In this document: positions 57,413-64,000 of the stretch, in pieces
Numbering within the stretch: the stretch's first letter is position 1
How the letters are laid out: each line of letters starts with the position of its first letter
Notes under the pieces: generated by a model
The model's database searches: none
Seen by the model: only the letters and a program-made list of their open reading frames with translations
Told to the model about the DNA's origin: nothing
Assembly (NCBI GenBank): GCA_963728145.1
Contig: CAVSJA010000001.1
Location: forward strand, 393,511-457,510
Length of the DNA stretch: 64,000 bases
Source: an uncultured Chitinophagaceae bacterium
GTDB lineage: Bacteria > Bacteroidota > Bacteroidia > Chitinophagales > Chitinophagaceae
Reading direction: 5' to 3'
Position numbers and translations under genes: made by a program

Positions 57413-58687
57413 ATGTCAAAACAAATCCTGGCAGTAATCCTGGGCGGAGGCGCAGGAACAAGATTGTATCCATTGACCGCAAGCCGTTCAAAGCCCGCAG
57501 TACCGATTGCAGGCAAATACAGATTGGTGGATATTCCAATTTCAAATTGTTTGAATGCAGGTATTTCGCGGATGTTCGTGCTTACTCAATTTAATTCGGC
57601 CTCATTAAACCGGCATATAAAAAATACTTATCATTTCAGCGCATTCAGCACAGCATTCGTTGATATTCTTGCTGCGGAACAAACTCCTGATAATCCCACC
57701 TGGTTCCAGGGAACGGCCGATGCGGTAAGGCAAAGCTTGCGGCATATTGCTCCTTTCTCCAGTGATCTCGTTTTGATCCTTTCCGGCGATCAATTATATC
57801 AGATGGATTTTTTGGAAATGATGAATAATCATATCGACACCGGTGCAGATATTTCTATCGGAACGATACCCGTTGGCGACAGGGAAGCGCCTGAGTTTGG
57901 AATTATGAAGAAAGATGCAACAGGAATGATCACCGATTTCATTGAAAAACCTAAAAAAGATGTTTTGTCAGAATGGGTAAGTGATACGGGTCCAGAAATG
58001 AAAAAACAGGGAAGAAATTACCTCGCATCCATGGGTATTTATATTTTCAACCGTCAACTTTTGTTTGAACTGTTGGAAAATGAAAAGAAAGATGCCACTG
58101 ACTTTGGTAAAGAGATCATTCCTCAATCCATTGATAAATACAAAGTGACCAGTTATCAATACGAGGGCTATTGGACAGATATCGGAAATATTTATTCCTT
58201 CTTTGAAGCAAATCTCGGCCTGACGCAAGACATTCCCGATTTCAATTTATTTGATAATACAAAGGCGATCTATACACGTGCACGCATGCTTCCTCCGGCG
58301 AAGATCAGTGGCACCACAATGGAGAAAACTATTATTGCTGAAGGATGTATAATCAATGCCTCTCGCGTAGAAAATAGTGTTATTGGAATCAGGACACGCA
58401 TCGGCCACGGTACAACCATCGTTAGCTGCTATTTGATGGGAAGCGATTATTTTGAAACAATTGAGGAATTGCGACACAATGAAGAAAAAGGAATTCCTAA
58501 ACTTGGAATCGGAGACCGTTGTTATATCCGCAATGTTATCCTCGATAAAAATTGCCGGATTGGAGATGATGTACGGATCAATGGAGGACCTCACCTGGAA
58601 AATACTGATCACTCTCTGTATACTGTGAAGGACGGAATTGTTGTGATAAAGAAAGGTGCGGTTTTGCCGAATGGATTTGTGATATAA
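57413..58687 (+). CDS. glgC: glucose-1-phosphate adenylyltransferase
   Basis: GGGAGTRLYPLT, FQGTADAV, left-handed beta-helix C-terminus. Confidence 0.95.
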   Translation: MSKQILAVILGGGAGTRLYPLTASRSKPAVPIAGKYRLVDIPISNCLNAGISRMFVLTQFNSASLNRHIKNTYHFSAFSTAFVDILAAEQTPDNPTWFQGTADAVRQSLRHIAPFSSDLVLILSGDQLYQMDFLEMMNNHIDTGADISIGTIPVGDREAPEFGIMKKDATGMITDFIEKPKKDVLSEWVSDTGPEMKKQGRNYLASMGIYIFNRQLLFELLENEKKDATDFGKEIIPQSIDKYKVTSYQYEGYWTDIGNIYSFFEANLGLTQDIPDFNLFDNTKAIYTRARMLPPAKISGTTMEKTIIAEGCIINASRVENSVIGIRTRIGHGTTIVSCYLMGSDYFETIEELRHNEEKGIPKLGIGDRCYIRNVILDKNCRIGDDVRINGGPHLENTDHSLYTVKDGIVVIKKGAVLPNGFVI

Positions 58688-58801
58688 GAATAATCCGAGG
58701 AAATACTCCTTCATACTATTGACCCGGAGTTCCTGTGTGTATTTATTACACAGTATGTATTATCTTTCCTCCGCAAAGCATTTCAACCTGCTTAGATTGC
58801 T

Positions 58802-60316
58802 ATGTCAGACATTCTCCAATCCTTCAAGCCAAAGCTCAGTCTTCCCCAGATAGTGAATATGAGTGTGGGATTCTTTGGAATCCAGTTTGCATTTGGTCTG
58901 CAGAATGCCAATGTGAGCCGGATATTTCAGACCCTCGGTGCAAAAATTGAAGAAATTCCAATTCTCTGGATAGCGGCTCCTTTAACCGGATTGATTGTTC
59001 AACCAATCATTGGCCATCTAAGCGATAAGACATGGTTAGGCAGATGGGGTAGACGCCGGCCCTACTTTATGCTTGGATCCATATTTGCATCTCTCGCTCT
59101 ATTTCTTTTCCCGAATGTCAGCGCACTTTGGATGGCTGCATTAATGTTATGGCTACTCGATGCGTCGATTAATATTTCAATGGAGCCGTTCCGTGCATTC
59201 GTAGGCGATATGTTACCAGATGATCAGCGAACGAGAGGTTTTGCAATGCAAAGTTTTTTCATAGGAGTAGGAGCAGTTATATCCTCAATATTGCCTTATG
59301 TGCTAACTGCAATGGGTGTATCAAATGAGGCTCCCGAAGGAATAATCCCTGATTCGGTAAAATTCTCGTTTTATATCGGAGGAGTTGTTTTCCTGGCTGC
59401 AATAGCTTATACGGTGTTTACCACGAAAGAATATTCACCAACAGAAATGCGGTCCTTCGGGTTAATTGGCGAAGACCATCATGCGGTAAAAATCAAAACT
59501 GCCCCATCTGCATTCATGAAAAAAGGATTGAGTTGGTTTCTAATTGGACTGCTATTTTCATTAGGACTTTATTTTTATAACAGAACTGCAACTCACAAAC
59601 TTGAAAAAGAATTATATGTACTAACTCTGGGAGTTGGAATTTTTGGAATGTTACAGATGTTAGCCTTTGTATTGAACCAAAGAAAGATCAATCGAGGGTT
59701 CGTTGAGATCATTGACGATCTGAACTTCTTACCCGCAATGATGAGAAAGCTTGCGATTATTCAATTCTTCACCTGGTTTGGTTTGTTTGCCATGTGGATT
59801 TATACTACACCCGCTTTAGCTCAACATATTTATCAAACATCAGATCCAACTTCTGACCTGTATAATAAGATGGGGAATTGGGTTGGTGTATTGTTTGCGT
59901 GGTACAATGGTTTTGCAGCTCTTTTTGCATTTATTTTACCGGCTCTTGCTACAAAATATTCCAGGTCGAACACTCATGGGTTAGCCTTAATTGCCGGAGG
60001 ATTGGGCCTGATCTCATACTATTTTTTCAAAAATGAAAACCTGCTCATTATAAGTATGGCGGGTATTGGTTTGGCCTGGTGCAGTATTCTCGCTATGCCA
60101 TATTCTATTCTTACGCAATCACTGCCTCCTTCCAAGATGGGCGTGTATATGGGAATATTTAATTTCTTTATTGTTATCCCACAAATCCTGGCGGCGACAT
60201 TGCTGGGTATTTTCACGAAGTATTTGTTCAACGGAAACGCAATTATGACAATTGTTGTTGGTGGAGCTGCTATGATTGTAGCCGCATTATTATCCTTCCG
60301 ATTAAAAGAAAAATAA
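58802..60316 (+). CDS. MFS transporter, GPH/SLC45-like (maltose or oligosaccharide candidate)
   Basis: RWGRRRPYF motif after TM2, 12 TM, sits between glgC and the amylase gene. Confidence 0.7.
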   Translation: MSDILQSFKPKLSLPQIVNMSVGFFGIQFAFGLQNANVSRIFQTLGAKIEEIPILWIAAPLTGLIVQPIIGHLSDKTWLGRWGRRRPYFMLGSIFASLALFLFPNVSALWMAALMLWLLDASINISMEPFRAFVGDMLPDDQRTRGFAMQSFFIGVGAVISSILPYVLTAMGVSNEAPEGIIPDSVKFSFYIGGVVFLAAIAYTVFTTKEYSPTEMRSFGLIGEDHHAVKIKTAPSAFMKKGLSWFLIGLLFSLGLYFYNRTATHKLEKELYVLTLGVGIFGMLQMLAFVLNQRKINRGFVEIIDDLNFLPAMMRKLAIIQFFTWFGLFAMWIYTTPALAQHIYQTSDPTSDLYNKMGNWVGVLFAWYNGFAALFAFILPALATKYSRSNTHGLALIAGGLGLISYYFFKNENLLIISMAGIGLAWCSILAMPYSILTQSLPPSKMGVYMGIFNFFIVIPQILAATLLGIFTKYLFNGNAIMTIVVGGAAMIVAALLSFRLKEK

Positions 60317-60319
60317 ATT

Positions 60320-62211
60320 ATGTGTAACTTTTTTAAACGTTACTGCCTTGCAGTTATCCTTGTGCTATTCTCAAATTGCATTTTTGCAGCGGATATCTTC
60401 GGCGTTTATCCAACCCATTGGTTCGCAGGAATGAAAAACACCAAGCTCCAGTTAATGATCCATGGTGATAATGTTGGAGCATATTCATCCGTCAAAACAA
60501 CTTATCCGGGAATTACTGTTAATAAGGTTACCAAAGCAGAGAACAAGAATTATCTGTTTGTTGATCTAACAATAAGTTCTACAGCAAAGCCAGGAAAATT
60601 CAAATTCACGCTTTCAGGTGGGAGGCGCGGCGAACAAGGATTTAAATTATGAATTAAAGAGCGCGCAGTACACAAAACGGTAAGACAAGAGTAGTTGGCG
60701 TACATGCGACTGATTTCGTTTACCTGGTATTACCCGATCGATTTGCAAATGGAGATCCTACCAATGATGCTTTCAATGATATGCGCGATAAGGAAGTGGA
60801 CAGAAATAATCCTTTCTCACGTCATGGTGGAGATATTCAGGGTATTACCAATCATCTCGACTATTTCCAGGAGCTAGGTGTAACGGCTCTATGGTTGAAT
60901 CCGGTGGTTGAGAATGACATGTCGAGAACACAGGAAGGTGGAACTTCAAGAAGTACCTATCATGGTTATGCATTTACAGATCATTACAATGTAGACAAGA
61001 GATATGGTGGAAATACCGCTTACAAGCAACTCTGCGAAGCGGCGCATGCAAAAGGGATAAAGATCGTTCAGGATGCGGTTTACAATCATGTTGGAAACGA
61101 TCACATTTTTATCCGCGATATGCCAATGAAGGATTGGTTGAATCAATGGCCAACCTATACCAATACTTCTTACAAGGATCAACCACTTGTAGATCCATAC
61201 GCGGCTTCAATTGATAAGAAGGTTTCTGTAGACGGATGGTTCACTCCATTTTTAGTTGATCTTAACCAACGAAATCCATTTGTATCGACCTTTCTTATTC
61301 AACATGCGATCTGGACGACTGAAGAGTTTGGCATCGATGGCTGGAGAGTAGATACTTATTTCTACAGTGATCCCGCATTTCTGAATAAGATCAATGATGC
61401 CTTACTGAAGGAATTTCCAAAATTGACTGTGTTTGGGGAAGCCTGGGTGAACACGGTTGTGAACAGCGCTTATTTCGCTCAAAATAATTTCTCCGGCATC
61501 GGTTTCAAGCATAACGTTCAAGGAGTAACCGATTTTCCATTGTATTTCGCCTTGCTCGATGGACTGAATCAAAATTTCGGTTGGACGGAGGGCGTAAACC
61601 GTGTTTACATGACCCTTGCACAGGACATTGCCTATAAGGATCCATCGCGCAATTGCATTTTCCTTGACAATCATGATCTCGATCGGATCTACAGCGTAGT
61701 AGGAGAGGATTTCAATAAATTCAAAATGTCGATAAACTGGTTGATGACTCTCAGAGGTATCCCTCAATTGTATTATGGTACGGAGATCCTGATGAAAAAT
61801 TTCAAAAACCCAAGTGATGCTGAGGTAAGAAGAGATTTTCCCGGCGGCTTCCAGGGCGATCCCTCAAATAAATTTACCGCATCAGGAAGAACGGCCCAGG
61901 AGAATGAAGCTTTTAATTTTATCAGCAATCTTGCGAAGTTCCGCAAGAACTCATCTGCAATAGGAAAAGGAAAGCTAATGCAATTCGTTCCGCAGGATGG
62001 GGTGTATACCTATTTCCGTTACGACAACAACCAAACCGTAATGGTGATTAGCAATACAGGTAATCGTGATTACAACGTGCAGATGAAAAGGTTTGAAGAA
62101 AGACTAAAAGGCTTCAGCAAACTAAAAGATATTCAAACAGGGCAGGAGAGGAATCTTGCTGATTTTACGATTAAGGCGAAGGAAAGCTTTGTGTTTGAGG
62201 TAATCAAATAG
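60320..62211 (+). pseudogene. GH13 alpha-amylase/cyclomaltodextrinase-like gene broken by two frameshifts
   Basis: N-terminal domain ORF 60320..60652 (frame 2). The catalytic frame is open from 60658 (LPDRFANGDP, DAVYNH, GIDGWRVD, FGEAW, FLDNHD). Stops at 60650 and 60655 mean only a passage through the third frame (KDLNYELKS) can join them. Confidence 0.75.
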
Positions 62212-62254
62212 CGATTCATTCCGTTAGTTCTTGAGACTTTTTAGTTTCCCAAAA

Positions 62255-62638
62255 TTCGACACGCCAATAATCAATAATCAATATTCAATATTCAATAAAT
62301 CAATTCTCAAATCAATCTCAACAATCACTGGTCAACCCTCAACAGTCAATAATCAAAGCAACACTCAATATTCAATAATCAAACGCTAGTCGCGCTTTTC
62401 CTTTTTGTTGTTATTTGTAGCCGTGATAATGATCTTGGCAGTAATTGGTTTTTTAACGTAATAAATGCGGGCTGCATAGAAAGATTAATACTTAGGTTTT
62501 AATTTACCTGTTGCTAGTTGAGCGTTAACTAATGATAATTGACGTTGCCTGATGAATGTTGAACGTTGACCAATGATTGTTGAGATTGATTTGAGAATTG
62601 ATTATCGAATATTGATTATTGATTATTGGCGTGTCGAA
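62255..62638. repeat. 384-bp composite palindromic (MITE-like) element, copy 2
   Basis: Termini ttcgacacgccaataatcaataatcaata / tattgattattgattattggcgtgtcgaa. The right 54 nt differ at one position from 49341-49394. Confidence 0.85.
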
Positions 62639-62762
62639 AATCAGGGATCTACATAGGTATCAGGTTGTCTGCGCCTCTTCCTTTCCCCAGACTGATGAGC
62701 CTTGTTCCCGATCGAGTCGGAAATGACGGTTGAGTCTTGAGTGCGATTGGAACAACGAACTA

Positions 62763-63530
62763 CTATAACATCACCCACCAGATATTACGTTGTCCTTCTT
62801 TCCCCCAGTCTTTAATTGCGGACTGAAGTGTTTTTTCAATTTCTTTTTGACTGGCCTTCTTTCCTCTGGTAGGAGCAACAAAATCCTTAGCAGCAGGTGC
62901 CACAATCTCAACTTTTGTTGCGAACCAGGTAGTGTATAGGCGAGGAATGGCAATGCCGAGTATCATTCCAGGAAGACCGCCGAAGGATTCGGGACCACTG
63001 CTGATGGTGATCTCTTCCGTATAAAATGCTACGACATAAACCGAATCGCAGATCTTTCCTACCGCTTTGCGGCATTCGAAATTCGCAATGGTTCTCATTT
63101 CATCAGTGATTCTCCATTCGATAGCAGGCAGGCTATCGTGTATGAGATAAGTTTCTTCAAACACTTTCTTATTGCTGGTGATTGTTTGATTATTGAAGTC
63201 CTTTATGACCACATTTTCCTTTGATGGACCAATTGCCCATTGCACCTGCCTGTTATTATCGCCTTCTCGGCCCGGGCGATAGACGGTTTTGTTATCTCCA
63301 AAGGAAAGGTTGAAATAACTGTTATAAAACTTCGGAAGTTTTGAAACATATGTCTTGAACCATTCATCGTTCTCTTCCACATCAAACTGCCTTGGCACGT
63401 TGATCTTGCGTTCAAATTCGATTTTTCCTTCACCCAGGAAAATTGCCTGCGCGTTGAGTTGTATCGCGCAAACTGTTATGATCGAACTGATGAATATCTT
63501 TTTCATGGTTAGTTTACTTTTTTTCAGCAC
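62763..63530 (-). CDS. GLPGLI family protein
   Basis: Family-defining GGLPGMILG motif, signal peptide, downstream of a beta-barrel gene as is usual for this family. Confidence 0.85.
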   Translation of the reverse strand: MLKKSKLTMKKIFISSIITVCAIQLNAQAIFLGEGKIEFERKINVPRQFDVEENDEWFKTYVSKLPKFYNSYFNLSFGDNKTVYRPGREGDNNRQVQWAIGPSKENVVIKDFNNQTITSNKKVFEETYLIHDSLPAIEWRITDEMRTIANFECRKAVGKICDSVYVVAFYTEEITISSGPESFGGLPGMILGIAIPRLYTTWFATKVEIVAPAAKDFVAPTRGKKASQKEIEKTLQSAIKDWGKEGQRNIWWVML

Positions 63531-64000
63531 TGCCGTTTGTTGTCGCAGGGTTATAAGTGAAGTTCCAGATAAAGCCTACCAGGAAATATCGCTGTATCGT
63601 ATTATACTTATTCTCTGTAATGAAATTGCTTGTAATATTTCTTTGGAACCCGATATTCTGATTTAAGATATCGAATACACTTACCCTGATTTCGCCAGCT
63701 TTGTTCTTCCAGAATTTCTTTGCCAGATAAGCATTCCAACGCACCATATTAATTGTTTGGTCTGTTTCATTGATCTTCTGCCTGAAACTTGCCTCTATTT
63801 CAGTATTCAACTCAAAATTCTTTGGTAACTGTAAGGTTCCTCCCATATTTCCATCGTACTGCCAGTATTTTGTTACAATATCCTTTCGAAGGCTTGATGT
63901 ACTGTAATTCCGACTTACACGAGGACTGATATAGATATCATACTTGTTTTCCTTGCGATGGTTGATATTGACTCCAATGTTAATATTCCTGGAATTGTTG
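63514..64000 (-). CDS. outer membrane beta-barrel/TonB-dependent receptor-like protein, C-terminal part (runs off window)
   Basis: The frame stays open upstream of the listed Met to the window edge (…NINIGVNINHRKENKYDIYISPRVSRNY…). C-terminal beta-strand pattern ends ...FIWNFTYNP. Confidence 0.7.
   Translation of the reverse strand, partial: NNSRNINIGVNINHRKENKYDIYISPRVSRNYSTSSLRKDIVTKYWQYDGNMGGTLQLPKNFELNTEIEASFRQKINETDQTINMVRWNAYLAKKFWKNKAGEIRVSVFDILNQNIGFQRNITSNFITENKYNTIQRYFLVGFIWNFTYNPATTNGSAEKK

Noticed and set aside
63393-63409. Sigma-54 promoter-like TGGCACG ... TTGC
   Set aside because: The spacer between the elements is 6 nt rather than 4, so the GG/GC spacing is wrong. The site also lies inside the GLPGLI coding sequence on the opposite strand.

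Overview
This window looks like chromosomal DNA from a Bacteroidota genome. The evidence is a SusC/SusD pair, a GLPGLI family protein, Bacteroidetes-type LptD/OstA-like/LptE genes and TAnnTTTG-type -7 boxes. A placement in Chitinophagales or Sphingobacteriia is only a guess. About 55 genes are mostly housekeeping. Envelope and LPS genes include lepB, MlaD, an amidase, OstA-like, LptD-like, PlsC, LptE, SecG and MltG. DNA repair and tRNA genes include ogt, ung, cdd, miaB and lipA. There are two sigma-54 activators and one SusC/SusD locus with a DeoR regulator, which sits next to two tandem TAT-exported Gfo/Idh/MocA oxidoreductases. A cytoplasmic module combines GT4, an unknown protein, a second GT4 and a GH130-like protein. 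An alpha-glucan locus carries ROK kinase, sugar MFS, glgA, glgC, a second MFS and a GH13 amylase. I saw no CRISPR array, cas genes, integrase, transposase or recognisable defence system. Three things stand out. (1) Most spacers at gene 3' ends are filled by hairpin or tandem elements built from degenerate 7-, 8- or 9-nt words (CTGTTCYT/GAACAG, GGCAAKN, GTTGACNNG, TTGGTTGA, AATCAATAAT). Two of these are 330-380 bp MITE-like palindromes with nearly identical termini. (2) A complete tRNA-Arg(TCT) is preceded by two identical truncated tRNA-like modules in an 87-bp tandem array. (3) Four accessory genes are interrupted by apparent single-nucleotide frameshifts, while every long housekeeping gene is intact. 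All functional calls rest on motifs read from the supplied translations. No database search was possible.
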